This document shows, piece by piece, positions 43,365 through 52,893 of a stretch of DNA of 64,000 bases. The position numbers and the translations under genes are program-made. The notes below the pieces were generated by a model. The model saw nothing but the letters and a program-made list of their open reading frames with translations. It had not been told where the DNA came from and searched no databases. The stretch's first letter is position 1. Every line of letters begins with the position of its first letter. Location: the sequence record NC_019408.1. One strand, written 5' to 3'.

Positions 43365-43619
43365 ATGAGCAACCGCGTTTGGATCGAACTGGAAAAGCCC
43401 AAGACGGCCGAGGAGGGCAAGGCGCGCGCCGCGCTGCTCTGCAAGATGCTCGCCCGCCTGGGCGTCGAGTACGGCCGCTATCCCGCCGTCTTCTGGAGCG
43501 AGCGCGACGGCAACTACGCCTTCACCCTCGACGGCGCCGGCAGCTACGCCGTCTGCGAGGGGGCCGACCCCGGTCACTGGTACAACCTGGACTACATCGT
43601 CGAGGCGTTCGAGGCGTGA
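43365..43619 (+). CDS. hypothetical protein
   Basis: AGGAGG SD. Confidence 0.7.
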   Translation: MSNRVWIELEKPKTAEEGKARAALLCKMLARLGVEYGRYPAVFWSERDGNYAFTLDGAGSYAVCEGADPGHWYNLDYIVEAFEA

Positions 43620-44014
43620 CCCAGGACACCTTCCCGCCGATCCGCCCCCGCGACGCCAGGGACGAGGAAGTCCATGGCTTCGTCGTCCGCTACGGCTGGT
43701 TCTGGAACGTGACCCTGCTCAACGGCACGATCCTGGCCTTCGATCCCGACGACGTCGACCCCTGCCGCTACGGCGTCACCGACAAGGACGCCTTCCGCAA
43801 CCTCGCCGGCCCGGTCGAGACCATCGTCTCCTACGAGTGCGTCCAGGGCTGGCACGCCAAGGCCAAGCACCTGTCGGGCTGGACCGAGAAGCATGACGAC
43901 CGGCTCGATGCCCTGCGCACGGCCTACCGGCGCCTGGAGGAGCAGCGCGAACGCAACAGCCGGGCGCTCGAAGAGCACGGCGGCATCTTCCAGTTCCTGG
44001 AGAAGCAGGACTGA
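43616..44014 (+). CDS. hypothetical protein
   Basis: GTGA overlap. Confidence 0.6.
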   Translation: MTQDTFPPIRPRDARDEEVHGFVVRYGWFWNVTLLNGTILAFDPDDVDPCRYGVTDKDAFRNLAGPVETIVSYECVQGWHAKAKHLSGWTEKHDDRLDALRTAYRRLEEQRERNSRALEEHGGIFQFLEKQD

Positions 44015-44015
44015 C

Positions 44016-44204
44016 GTGACCAACGAGGAGATCACCTTCGCGGGCCTGATCAAGGCCATGGAGGACGCCCGCCGCGAAGCCCGCGCGGTGGGCGATCTCC
44101 TCAAGTCCGCCGAGATCGACGGCTGGTTCAAGGAGCACGCCCGGATCATCCGGGTGATCCGCGACAAGGCCGAGGCCGAAGAATTCGACAATCCGTTGGC
44201 GTGA
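44016..44204 (+). CDS. hypothetical protein
   Basis: GTG after AGGA; stop lies inside 16-bp element. Confidence 0.6.
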   Translation: MTNEEITFAGLIKAMEDARREARAVGDLLKSAEIDGWFKEHARIIRVIRDKAEAEEFDNPLA

Positions 44205-44261
44205 GAGTGTTGACAGCCTCGCCGCGCCCGGCTACAAGCCTCCTCGACGACAACGCAAGGA
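44195..44261 (+). promoter_or_regulatory. repeated phage promoter with upstream 16-bp element
   Basis: GTTGGCGTGAGAGTGTTGACA, N17, TACAAG, CGACGACAAC-GCAAGGAG. Confidence 0.85.
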
Positions 44262-44268
44262 GCCTGTC

Positions 44269-45432
44269 TTGACCGATTTCCCGATCATCCGCGCCGCCAT
44301 TGAAGGCCGCCGCGCCGCTGGTTTCGACACCGTCCTGGCCAACGCCGACGCCTTCGCTGCCGAGGGCGTGCTGATCAAGGCCGAGTTCGAGGACATCAAG
44401 GGCGTCTTCAGCCGCTGCCTCTCCGACGCCTGGGAAGTCGTGCGCAAGCGCCACTTCTTCATCGACCACGCCCTGCGCTCCAAGGAAGTCGAGGACCTCT
44501 TCTGGAGCTTCTCGATCCCCTATCCGCACGTCATGCCGGGCTTCCTGAAGAAGACCCTGGCGGCCAAGAACATCCCGGCCAACGTCCGCGAAGACCTCGT
44601 GGCCCTGTTCAACGAGGGCATCGCCCTCAACGACAAGCTGGTGGCACTCAAGCCTCTGATCGGCAAGCGCGCGCCCAAGAAGACCAAGGTCGAGATCGAG
44701 CGCGAGGGCAAGGAACGCACCTGCCAAATCTGCGGTCGCGGCATCCTGGCCGAGGGCGGCATCATCGCCCACCACGGCTACACCCGCCCCTACGAGGGCT
44801 GGCAGACCGCCTCCTGCTCTGGCGCCCGCGAGGTTCCGTTCGAACTGAGCCGCGACGAACTGGGCAAAGAGATCGCCGCCCTGAAGGCGTGGCGCGTGCG
44901 CAAGGTGAACGAGCGCGCGGCGATCGAAGCCGAGACCGTCAAGCTGATCCTGAAGTATCAGGTCTCCGAGCAGGACCCGCGCAAGGCGCAGGGCTTCAAG
45001 CTGACCGTCGATCGCCAGATCGAAGTCACCCGCGACACCTTCGAGGCCCTGAAGGTCTCCACGCCCGAGGCCTTCTCGGGCAAGTACAACCCCCGCAAGG
45101 AGGGCAAGTACACCTACGAGGCCCTGACCTTCGACGGCCTGAAAGAGCAGGCCCTGGGCATGGTCGACATCGAGATCGGCCGCCTGGACAACGACATCCT
45201 GCGCCAGCAGGCCCGCTATGACGCCTGGAGCCAGAAGGCGATCTTCGCCAAGGGCCGCTATTGGTTCATCGGTGATGAGGTCAAGACCGCCGACGGCGCG
45301 GTGGGCAGCATCAAGGGCTTCTACCAGCACTATCCGCCGCAGCCGGGCGACGTCGCGGGCGGCGTGCGTCTCGGGGCCGAGACCAGCGGTTTCGTCTCCT
45401 GGAACGTCGAGAGCCTGGAGCCGGTGGCCTGA
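44269..45432 (+). CDS. conserved phage protein with CxxC...HHGY...C motif
   Basis: TCQICGR..IAHHGY.RP..GWQT.SC.G; TTG start. Confidence 0.75.
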   Translation: MTDFPIIRAAIEGRRAAGFDTVLANADAFAAEGVLIKAEFEDIKGVFSRCLSDAWEVVRKRHFFIDHALRSKEVEDLFWSFSIPYPHVMPGFLKKTLAAKNIPANVREDLVALFNEGIALNDKLVALKPLIGKRAPKKTKVEIEREGKERTCQICGRGILAEGGIIAHHGYTRPYEGWQTASCSGAREVPFELSRDELGKEIAALKAWRVRKVNERAAIEAETVKLILKYQVSEQDPRKAQGFKLTVDRQIEVTRDTFEALKVSTPEAFSGKYNPRKEGKYTYEALTFDGLKEQALGMVDIEIGRLDNDILRQQARYDAWSQKAIFAKGRYWFIGDEVKTADGAVGSIKGFYQHYPPQPGDVAGGVRLGAETSGFVSWNVESLEPVA

Positions 45433-45833
45433 TGCGCTTCGTCTCCCCGAACCAACCCTACTGCCGCTGCTGCGGCAAGCCGATCAAGAAGTTCACGCTC
45501 CGGCACTCGTTTGGCAAGAGCGAGTACAAGGACCATGGCTGGTCGATCTCGCGCACCGAGAAACCGATGTCCAAGGAGGAACTCCAGCGCGCGGTCAACG
45601 GCCGGATCATCTCGTTCACCTGGGATCACAACACGACCTATGACGCCAACTACGAGCCGGTTCGCACGAAGACCTTCATCGGCGAGGCCAACGTCTGGGA
45701 CGGCGAGACCTACGAGGCGCAGTTCTTCTGCACCATGCGGTGCGCCGCCGCGTTCGGGGAGATGGCCGCCCGTGAATATCCCGGCCTCCACACCCAGACC
45801 TACGCTGACGCCATGAAAAAGAGGGAGGGCTAA
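45432..45833 (+). CDS. zinc-finger hypothetical protein
   Basis: CRCCGK...FFCTMRCA. Confidence 0.7.
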   Translation: MRFVSPNQPYCRCCGKPIKKFTLRHSFGKSEYKDHGWSISRTEKPMSKEELQRAVNGRIISFTWDHNTTYDANYEPVRTKTFIGEANVWDGETYEAQFFCTMRCAAAFGEMAAREYPGLHTQTYADAMKKREG

Positions 45834-46555
45834 TGTCCGACGAGATCAGGAAGACCCACGAAGCCTTCGGCGTGATCGGCTACAGCCACACCCAGGGCGA
45901 CACCGATCTGGTCGGCGTCGACTACGCCCAGGGGCACTACGTGTCCCTGACGATCAAGACGGCGATCGCCTACGAGGGCGAGACGCATGATCGCTTCCAC
46001 GGCGACAAGTACATCTGCAAGGTGTCGATGAGCGAGGTCCAGTGGGCCTCCTTCATCGCCAACCCCAACCGGGGCGACGGCGTGCCCTGCACCTTGCAGT
46101 TCTACCGTGACCCGCTGACCGGCGAGCCCAAGCAGCCCAAGTACATGCGCGAGCGCCTGACCCGCATCGACCGCACCCGCGAGGCCGTCACCGCGCGCGC
46201 CAAGGGCCTGTCGACCAAGGTCAAGGAGGCCCAGGCCGAACTCCAGCGGCTGATGGACGGCGGCCCGATCAAGAAGGGCGACCTCAAAGCGCTCAAGGAC
46301 CTGCTCTACTTCGCCAACCAGGACATGGACATGAACCTGGGCTACTTCGTCGAGCGGGTCGAGGAGACCATCGACAAGGCGGTGGTCGACGCCAAGGCCC
46401 AGGTCGACGCCCACGTCGACTTCGTGGTCCGGGAACTGGGCGTGCGCGCCCTGGGCTCGCGGCTGCAAGCGGCGATCGACGCGGGCCATGAGCCGGGCGC
46501 GGTCGGCCAAGCCCTGCTCGACGCGATAGCCCCGCCCCAGGAGCCGCCGACGTGA
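45833..46555 (+). CDS. conserved phage hypothetical protein
   Basis: V.MSEVQWASF..NPN.GDGVPCTL pattern; GGAGG SD. Confidence 0.75.
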   Translation: MSDEIRKTHEAFGVIGYSHTQGDTDLVGVDYAQGHYVSLTIKTAIAYEGETHDRFHGDKYICKVSMSEVQWASFIANPNRGDGVPCTLQFYRDPLTGEPKQPKYMRERLTRIDRTREAVTARAKGLSTKVKEAQAELQRLMDGGPIKKGDLKALKDLLYFANQDMDMNLGYFVERVEETIDKAVVDAKAQVDAHVDFVVRELGVRALGSRLQAAIDAGHEPGAVGQALLDAIAPPQEPPT

Positions 46556-46794
46556 GGACGCCCCGCTTCCTGAACCGCTGGCGCGACCGCGACCTCGCCG
46601 AGGAGAAGGCCTTCCAGACCAAGGGTCTGGCCTTCGCCCACGCCGCGCGCATCGCCGCTCGCCTGGGCGAGATCGTCCGCGTCGAGCACCAGGAACCCAT
46701 CAGCCAAGCCTCCCCGAATTGGGCGGTGGTCGAGAAGTGGACCTTCCACCCCGACGGCCGCCTGACCCGTGACCTCAAGAAGGAAATCCAATGA
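46552..46794 (+). CDS. hypothetical protein
   Basis: GTGA overlap. Confidence 0.6.
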   Translation: MRTPRFLNRWRDRDLAEEKAFQTKGLAFAHAARIAARLGEIVRVEHQEPISQASPNWAVVEKWTFHPDGRLTRDLKKEIQ

Positions 46795-47285
46795 CCCGCA
46801 GCACCTCCGACATCCTCGCCCGCATCAAGTCCCTGGAGAACGACACGTCCGACTTCTTCGGCTTCCAGACGGGCGACCTCGTCTGCTACCTGCCGTTCGC
46901 CGACGCCAAGCCCTGGCTGAACGAGAACGCCACGGCCGAGGCCTGGGCGCCCAGCGTCAACACGCCCGAGGCGATCAAGTCGACCATCCACGACTACATG
47001 GCGTTCGCCTGGGACAAGGCCAACAACTGCCGGGGCCTGTCGGCCGGCCGCTCGCTCGACCACATGAAGGCGTGGCTCTGGCTTTACGGCGCCGACGAGG
47101 CCTGGGTCGAGGCCCTGCGCCTGGACAACTACACCATGTACGGTAAGCCCCAGCTTCGCGCGATCTGCGAGCACTTCGGCTGGGACTGGACGGCCTGGGA
47201 CGACGGCTGCTGGACCAACAACGAGGGTGCGAGCGGCTCCAGCCCGGACGAGGTCGAGCGCGTCGGCGTGCTGGCTGACGCCTAG
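46791..47285 (+). CDS. conserved phage hypothetical protein
   Basis: DYM.FAW.KA.NCRGLSA.RS..HM.AWLW pattern. Confidence 0.75.
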   Translation: MTRSTSDILARIKSLENDTSDFFGFQTGDLVCYLPFADAKPWLNENATAEAWAPSVNTPEAIKSTIHDYMAFAWDKANNCRGLSAGRSLDHMKAWLWLYGADEAWVEALRLDNYTMYGKPQLRAICEHFGWDWTAWDDGCWTNNEGASGSSPDEVERVGVLADA

Positions 47286-47351
47286 TTGGCGTTAGAGTGT
47301 TGACAGCCGTCAGGGCCTCCTCTATACCCACCCTCGACGACAACGAGGAGG
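47285..47351 (+). promoter_or_regulatory. repeated phage promoter with upstream 16-bp element
   Basis: GTTGGCGTTAGAGTGTTGACA, N17, TATACC, CGACGACAAC-GAGGAGG. Confidence 0.85.
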
Positions 47352-47356
47352 CCCCG

Positions 47357-49105
47357 ATGACTGCCGAGACCATGACCCTGAGCTTCCGTATCGAAGGCGC
47401 CGCCCTGGTGGAGCGCGCCCGCGACCGGGTCATCGAAGGCGCCTGGGAGCATGGCCTGCGCATCCTCGTCGAGGGTCTGCACGGCATGACCTACGAGATC
47501 GCCATCGACATCCTGATGGGCAAGTACACCCTGGGCGGCTGGTCCTCGGACCCCGAGGGCGTCTACCTCACCGAGCAAGACCCCGAGGACGAGACCTTCA
47601 AGCGCTACAAGGAGACGTTCGACTTCCAGTTCGCCGGCGTCTTCAAGGACGAGACGGGCCGCATCATGCGCCCCTACGCCATCGTCGACAGCTACGGCAA
47701 GAAGGACTTCGACTCCAAGTACCGCTACGACCACGCCCGCGCGCGCGGCTCGGACGAGTTCCTGTCGCGCCCGGTGCGCTACCACGACATCCTGGGCAAG
47801 GACCCGATCGACTGGGCCTACCGCGCCCTGCATTACGCCAACCTGCCCCAGCAGGACATCGTCAAGCGGGTCAAGAACCCTGGCGACTACCACGGCTCGA
47901 TCCAGGAGATGGTCGCGCTGTTCGAGGTCATCCACGACTACCCCAAGCTCCTGCTGCCCTACGTCACCAACAGCGCCCAGGAGGCCGTCGACAAAGCGAC
48001 CGCCGCCGGCCGCCGGCTGGAGAAGCGCGGGTACGTCCACGAGTATGGGCTGAACGATCCTCAGGCCGAGTTCCACGCCGTGACGACCACGGCGATCGAC
48101 AACCTGCCGCCCCAGTGGGTGATCGAGAACCCCGCCTATGAGCCCCCGGCGCCGGTCAAGGCCCTGGAGGACTTCAAGCAGGGCGTCGCGAGCGCCCCTG
48201 ATGAGGTCTCGGCGATGAACCGGATGATCGTCAAGGAGGTCAACGCCGGCACGAGCATGTCGACCGCCATCGCCCTGGCCCGCGCCAAGATGGCGCTGAT
48301 GGGCGGCATGGCCGAGGACCCTGAAGAGCGCATGTCGGCGATTAACGCCCACTTGGCGGCGGAGGCCGAGCGCGCCGAAGGCAAGTCCAACGAGACCTAC
48401 CGCAAGGCGATCCAGGAGCAGGCCGCCGGCGACTACTTCGATCTCGTGTACACGGGTAAGGGTGGCGAGGAGGTGACCCTGAAGGTCCCGACCGCGCCGT
48501 TCGAGAAGTGGTGCCTGTGGCGCACCGCCGGCGCTCACCTCGCCAAGCCGTGGAAGCGCGTCACCTATTCGGGTCTGAAGTGCTTCGGCGACGACCCCTA
48601 TCACACCGACTGGGTCATCGGCGCGGGCCTGGAGCCCGAGGATTGGCCGACCCGCAGCGACGACCCGCTGCACAAGGCCGCCTGGGACAAGCGCTTCGAG
48701 GTCGCCCAGAGCAAGATGGGCGGCAATCTGGTGGTCCTGCTGGGCACGGGCTTCGTGACCGGCAAGATCAAGCACCTCAAGCCGGGCGAGACCCTGGAGC
48801 GGGGGCAGATCGGCGTGATCCGCAACGCTGGCCCCGACTACGTCCAGGCCGCCGTCAGCGCGATCGACAACAACGCCGCCCTGATCACCGAGAACGGCGG
48901 CAACGTCGCCCACCTCGTCACCGAGTTCCGGGACAAGCCGCTGCGTCTGGTGCGCATCGCCGACGCCCGCAAGATTTTCAAGGACGGCATGGAGGTCGAC
49001 CTCGACCTGGATAAGGCATGGCGCCGTATCTACGAAGGCTCGCGCGGTCCCGCGCCGGGCGACCTCTACCTGCCGCCGGAATGGGAGATTCAAGATGACG
49101 CATGA
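47357..49105 (+). CDS. large protein with C-terminal PEP-utiliser mobile (phospho-His swivel) domain
   Basis: G.G.VTG; IGVIRNAGPDY; ALITENGGNVAHL..EFR; G..V.LD. Confidence 0.7.
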   Translation: MTAETMTLSFRIEGAALVERARDRVIEGAWEHGLRILVEGLHGMTYEIAIDILMGKYTLGGWSSDPEGVYLTEQDPEDETFKRYKETFDFQFAGVFKDETGRIMRPYAIVDSYGKKDFDSKYRYDHARARGSDEFLSRPVRYHDILGKDPIDWAYRALHYANLPQQDIVKRVKNPGDYHGSIQEMVALFEVIHDYPKLLLPYVTNSAQEAVDKATAAGRRLEKRGYVHEYGLNDPQAEFHAVTTTAIDNLPPQWVIENPAYEPPAPVKALEDFKQGVASAPDEVSAMNRMIVKEVNAGTSMSTAIALARAKMALMGGMAEDPEERMSAINAHLAAEAERAEGKSNETYRKAIQEQAAGDYFDLVYTGKGGEEVTLKVPTAPFEKWCLWRTAGAHLAKPWKRVTYSGLKCFGDDPYHTDWVIGAGLEPEDWPTRSDDPLHKAAWDKRFEVAQSKMGGNLVVLLGTGFVTGKIKHLKPGETLERGQIGVIRNAGPDYVQAAVSAIDNNAALITENGGNVAHLVTEFRDKPLRLVRIADARKIFKDGMEVDLDLDKAWRRIYEGSRGPAPGDLYLPPEWEIQDDA

Positions 49106-49391
49106 ACTGATTATGGTCCAGGTGGGTGGGCAAGCCCATTCGCACTTCTCGATCGAGACGCGCGAGGCCGAGGTGCCGGGCGGAAAGCTCTACATCACCA
49201 CGGCGCATGCCGGCGAGAACTGCGAGGCCATATCGGTCGCCCAGACCTTCGTGCCGACGCCGCCGCCGTCTAAGGTCGTGACCATCCCCGACGAGGTGCT
49301 GCGCGACCTGATGAGCCGCAAGGACGTCGCCAGCGGGCGCTCGCTGCTCAAGAAGTGGCTGTTCGCCCACGGCCTGGAGCTTGAGGCCTGA
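49095..49391 (+). CDS. small hypothetical protein (GGKLY...FVP)
   Basis: GGAG SD; resembles 41988-42173. Confidence 0.65.
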   Translation: MTHELIMVQVGGQAHSHFSIETREAEVPGGKLYITTAHAGENCEAISVAQTFVPTPPPSKVVTIPDEVLRDLMSRKDVASGRSLLKKWLFAHGLELEA

Positions 49392-49570
49392 TGCCGCTCT
49401 TCAGCTTCAAGGCCACGGTCACCTACCACGACGACGTCGTGATCGACGCCGAGGACGAGGACCACGCCCGCGAACTGGTGGCTGAGTCTGGCTTCACCGG
49501 AAGCCACATCGTCAGCCACGACGCCGACCTTGACCCCGAGATCAAGCTCCACCTGGACGAGGAGAACTGA
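49391..49570 (+). CDS. 59-aa acidic hypothetical (below cutoff)
   Basis: MPLFSFKATVTYHDDVVIDAEDEDHARELV...; TGATG overlap. Confidence 0.55.
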   Translation: MPLFSFKATVTYHDDVVIDAEDEDHARELVAESGFTGSHIVSHDADLDPEIKLHLDEEN

Positions 49571-49571
49571 C

Positions 49572-50078
49572 ATGGCCGATTTCAGTGAGGCCCGGCGTGC
49601 GGTCGCGACCGAGGAACTGATCACGCGCCTGAAGGCCCTCAAGGACCTGGAGGACGCCCGCGACATCCCGGACGAGGAGACCAAGTCGGCGCTGGCGGCG
49701 GCGATCCTGCGCCTTGGTGAGTACGAAGATGAGGTCCAAAGCAACAAGGCCACGATCGCGCGCCTTATGGGAGCCATCCATGCCTGGAGGACGATGGTCA
49801 CCCAGGACCAGGGCGCGCCCGACTTCAAGCGCGCCGCCGCCCATCTGCACGTCTTCTCCACCTTCTACGACCGCATGTGGGCGATCGTTCGCACCTTCGA
49901 GAAGGCCGTGGATGAGACGGGCCTGCTGAACAAGACTGGTCCTGATCCGATCCGCCGGCTGATCTGGAAGTACATCCGCCACGATCTGGCCGGCGAACTG
50001 GGCTCGTCCATGCTCTGGTCGCACCGCAACGCCGTCGCCGCCCTCAAGGGCCTGGAAGATGCGGAGCCGAAGGTTTGA
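49572..50078 (+). CDS. hypothetical protein
   Basis: GGAGGAG SD. Confidence 0.7.
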   Translation: MADFSEARRAVATEELITRLKALKDLEDARDIPDEETKSALAAAILRLGEYEDEVQSNKATIARLMGAIHAWRTMVTQDQGAPDFKRAAAHLHVFSTFYDRMWAIVRTFEKAVDETGLLNKTGPDPIRRLIWKYIRHDLAGELGSSMLWSHRNAVAALKGLEDAEPKV

Positions 50079-50287
50079 GCCGCCGCTACACCGGCCCGCG
50101 CTTCTGGGTCTCCGAGGACGGTCACGTCCACCAAATCCAGGACGGCGTCACCAACGTCGTCGCCACCCTCTCCGCCGACGAGATGAAACGGCTGCGCAAG
50201 TGCGGCTGGAACATTGGCTCGTCCACCCGCCGCTACGCCTACAACCCCGCCTCCATCCTCCGCAACGCCCTGGGAGCCGCCCGATGA
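50075..50287 (+). CDS. hypothetical protein
   Basis: TTGA overlap. Confidence 0.55.
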   Translation: MSRRYTGPRFWVSEDGHVHQIQDGVTNVVATLSADEMKRLRKCGWNIGSSTRRYAYNPASILRNALGAAR

Positions 50288-50841
50288 TCGACCCGAAAGC
50301 CAAGCTCGCTGACCAAGTGGCCGGCCTCTTCGAAGATGCCGCGCGCCTCGGCGTCGAGGTCCAGGAGCGTGGCGGCAGCAATCTCGCCGACCAGACCCTG
50401 GAGTTCATCGCCGACGCCAGGGCCATCATCGAGCGGCAACAGGCGCGGGTCGCCGAACTCGAACTGAGCCAGACGCGGCGCTTCCACACCGAGCGCGCCT
50501 ATCTGCGGGTGATCCAGGAGTTCATCGCCGGCAAGGGCGATGCGGACCTCAAGCGGCTGAACGACGGAGTGGGCATGATCCAGGCCCAGGTCGAGTTCAT
50601 CCAGAAGGACATCCAGCGGCTGGCGGACTATCTGCGCGCCCAGCCCAAGACCAAGGAGACCGCCGACCTGATCGACCACCTGGACTTCTACATCTTCCAC
50701 GAGGTCTATCGTAAGGTCCACTACATCGAGCACCACGTTATCCGTGATGCCCGGCTGGCTCTTGTGGGACTCTCCGAAGCCAGCTTTAAGTCGGGCTTGG
50801 GCGAGCAGCCCGAACCCCCGACCAGCGAGGTCAAGCCATGA
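50284..50841 (+). CDS. hypothetical coiled-coil protein
   Basis: ATGA overlap. Confidence 0.65.
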   Translation: MIDPKAKLADQVAGLFEDAARLGVEVQERGGSNLADQTLEFIADARAIIERQQARVAELELSQTRRFHTERAYLRVIQEFIAGKGDADLKRLNDGVGMIQAQVEFIQKDIQRLADYLRAQPKTKETADLIDHLDFYIFHEVYRKVHYIEHHVIRDARLALVGLSEASFKSGLGEQPEPPTSEVKP

Positions 50842-51065
50842 TCGACTACGTCTACCGCAAAGACCCGCGCGGCAGCGACTACGGCGCCCAGCGGATGGAC
50901 CTGAGCGAAGCCCTGGCGGTGGTCGCCGCCGAGAAGCAGGACTTCCTCATTCGCTTGGTCGAGGTCCTGCACGAGAACAACCTCCTGCGCGACGCCGACG
51001 TGCTGGAGTTGCTCGGCAAGGGCTGGGGCCTGGAGGCCTACGACGTCCTGCACGTAGACGATTGA
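50838..51065 (+). CDS. hypothetical protein
   Basis: ATGA overlap. Confidence 0.6.
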   Translation: MIDYVYRKDPRGSDYGAQRMDLSEALAVVAAEKQDFLIRLVEVLHENNLLRDADVLELLGKGWGLEAYDVLHVDD

Positions 51066-51114
51066 CAACACTCTCGCGCCAGCATAGAAGCCTTCTCGAC
51101 GACAACGAAGGAGG
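51062..51114 (+). promoter_or_regulatory. repeated phage promoter with inverted element in spacer
   Basis: TTGACA-ACACTCTCGCGCCAGCA-TAGAAG, CGACGACAAC-GAAGGAGG. Confidence 0.85.
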
Positions 51115-51119
51115 CTTCC

Positions 51120-51491
51120 GTGAAGCTCGCGACCCAAGACCGGACCGATCCCCGCCTGAACGCCGACTACCGCCTGATCAAGGCGGTCTTCTACTACGGC
51201 GGCCCGGCCGAGTACCCGATCCACCTGGACGAACGCTGGAGCGCGGTGACGCCGGCCCAGGTCGAGGACCAGATTTCGGTCCTCTGCCGCGACCTCGCCA
51301 AATGCTCGGGCAACACCCTGGCGCCGGCGACCTTCTACGAGCGCGCCAAGCTGAGCTTCGCCGAGGTGCCGCCGGTGTCCGACGAGTTCTGGGGCCTGAT
51401 CTCCGAGACCACCAAGCAGAACATCCTCGCCCTGAAGGATCGCTTCACCGTCCACGGCAGCGGCTTCATGCTCTCGTGGGCCAAGGTCTGA
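51120..51491 (+). CDS. hypothetical protein
   Basis: GTG after AGGAGG. Confidence 0.7.
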   Translation: MKLATQDRTDPRLNADYRLIKAVFYYGGPAEYPIHLDERWSAVTPAQVEDQISVLCRDLAKCSGNTLAPATFYERAKLSFAEVPPVSDEFWGLISETTKQNILALKDRFTVHGSGFMLSWAKV

Positions 51492-51829
51492 TGTGCCATC
51501 TGGCTCACACCCAGGGATGCCGCGAGTGCCCTTTCAAGCGCACCGCCGCGCCCGGCTGGCTCGGAGCCGACACCCCCGAGGGCTTCCTGCGCGCGACCAT
51601 GTCGGGTAGCGTCCAGATGCCCTGCCACATGACCGTCGACTACGACGCCGACGACTGGCGCGAGCAGGCGGCCGATGCGCCGTTCTGCGCCGGCGCGCTG
51701 ATCTTCCTCAAGAACATCTGCAACCTGCCGCATGATCCGAAGATCGTCGCGGCCCGCGCGCAGGTCGAACCCAACCGCGAGGACTACTTCGCCCGCCCGG
51801 ACGAGTTCCTGGCCCATCACGGAGGCTGA
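51491..51829 (+). CDS. Cys-rich conserved phage protein
   Basis: CRECPF...GWLG...PCH...CAGALIF. Confidence 0.65.
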   Translation: MCHLAHTQGCRECPFKRTAAPGWLGADTPEGFLRATMSGSVQMPCHMTVDYDADDWREQAADAPFCAGALIFLKNICNLPHDPKIVAARAQVEPNREDYFARPDEFLAHHGG

Positions 51830-51830
51830 C

Positions 51831-52109
51831 ATGACCAAGCCCGCCCAGTACCGCGTCCGAGCCTTCACGCGCCGTCTGCCGCCCCAGCGCGGCTATCTCG
51901 ACCACGACATCGTCCACATGCAGGTCCTGGAACTCAAGCGGTGGTTCGGCTGGCAGACCATCGACGAGGAGGTCGTGCCCGACCACGTCAAGATCAGCAG
52001 CGGCGCCCTGGGCGACACCGGCGGCTGGGTCTCGAAGTTCACCAAGCTGGGGACCTTCGGCCGCGACGGCGTCTTCACCCTGCACCCGCACGTGGAGGCC
52101 AAGCTCTGA
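51831..52109 (+). CDS. hypothetical protein
   Basis: GGAGG SD. Confidence 0.65.
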   Translation: MTKPAQYRVRAFTRRLPPQRGYLDHDIVHMQVLELKRWFGWQTIDEEVVPDHVKISSGALGDTGGWVSKFTKLGTFGRDGVFTLHPHVEAKL

Positions 52110-52531
52110 TGCGCCTGTTCCTGATCATCCTGGCGACCATCCTGTGGCTGGGCGACACCGCCCGCGCCCAGTCCTTCCGCCTGTCCCAGCCGCTCAACTA
52201 CGGCAGCGACCTCCACTACACCGAGACGCGCGACGCCTCGGCCTCACGTGATCCGCTCAAGCGGGTGATCGCCGACCTGTCGCGCTCGCCGACGGTGACG
52301 ATCGAGCGGGCCTGGACCTATGCCGAACTCGCCGGCGCCCAGACCACCTGCGGCGAGATCATCCTCAACGGCCGCCACCAGAAGTTCGTCCTCCAGCAGG
52401 GGCCGAAGACCGCCGTGATCGGCCCCGCCATGCCCACCGAGTTCTGGAGCCTGGATGTCCAGGACTACCAGTTCCGCAACGCCGGGTGCCTGCGCGACCG
52501 CGCCGCCCAGATCATCCCGCCGAGGTTCTGA
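52109..52531 (+). CDS. secreted hypothetical protein
   Basis: Sec signal MRLFLIILATILWLGDTARA; two Cys. Confidence 0.6.
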   Translation: MRLFLIILATILWLGDTARAQSFRLSQPLNYGSDLHYTETRDASASRDPLKRVIADLSRSPTVTIERAWTYAELAGAQTTCGEIILNGRHQKFVLQQGPKTAVIGPAMPTEFWSLDVQDYQFRNAGCLRDRAAQIIPPRF

Positions 52532-52854
52532 TGCCGATCGAGGTCCCCTGGAGCCCCCAGGACGCCGAACTGTGGTTCGGCTATGCCATGACCACCAGCG
52601 CGGGCCTATGGTTCCTGATCGGGCTGTTCTTCGCCGTCAAAGACTATGACAAGTGGAGGAGCGGCATTGAGGGGCCGGTCAGCCGCGCGATCTACGCCAT
52701 CGTGGTGGTGATCGCCGGCACGGGTTTCGGGATGCTGTTCTTTCTCCCCCTTCTCGCCATGGCCCTGACCGCCCTCGCCCTGGGCGGCCCGATCCTCCTC
52801 CTGGTCTGGAGCCTTCGTTCTCTTGGCCGTCTTGTGTTGACAAAGGCAGGTTAG
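52531..52854 (+). CDS. membrane protein
   Basis: Three hydrophobic helices. Confidence 0.6.
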   Translation: MPIEVPWSPQDAELWFGYAMTTSAGLWFLIGLFFAVKDYDKWRSGIEGPVSRAIYAIVVVIAGTGFGMLFFLPLLAMALTALALGGPILLLVWSLRSLGRLVLTKAG

Positions 52855-52889
52855 CCGGCCTAGAACGTCATCGACGACAACAAAGGAGG
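52834..52889 (+). promoter_or_regulatory. repeated phage promoter
   Basis: GTGTTGACA, N18, TAGAAC, CGACGACAAC-AAAGGAGG. Confidence 0.8.
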
Positions 52890-52893
52890 CCCC

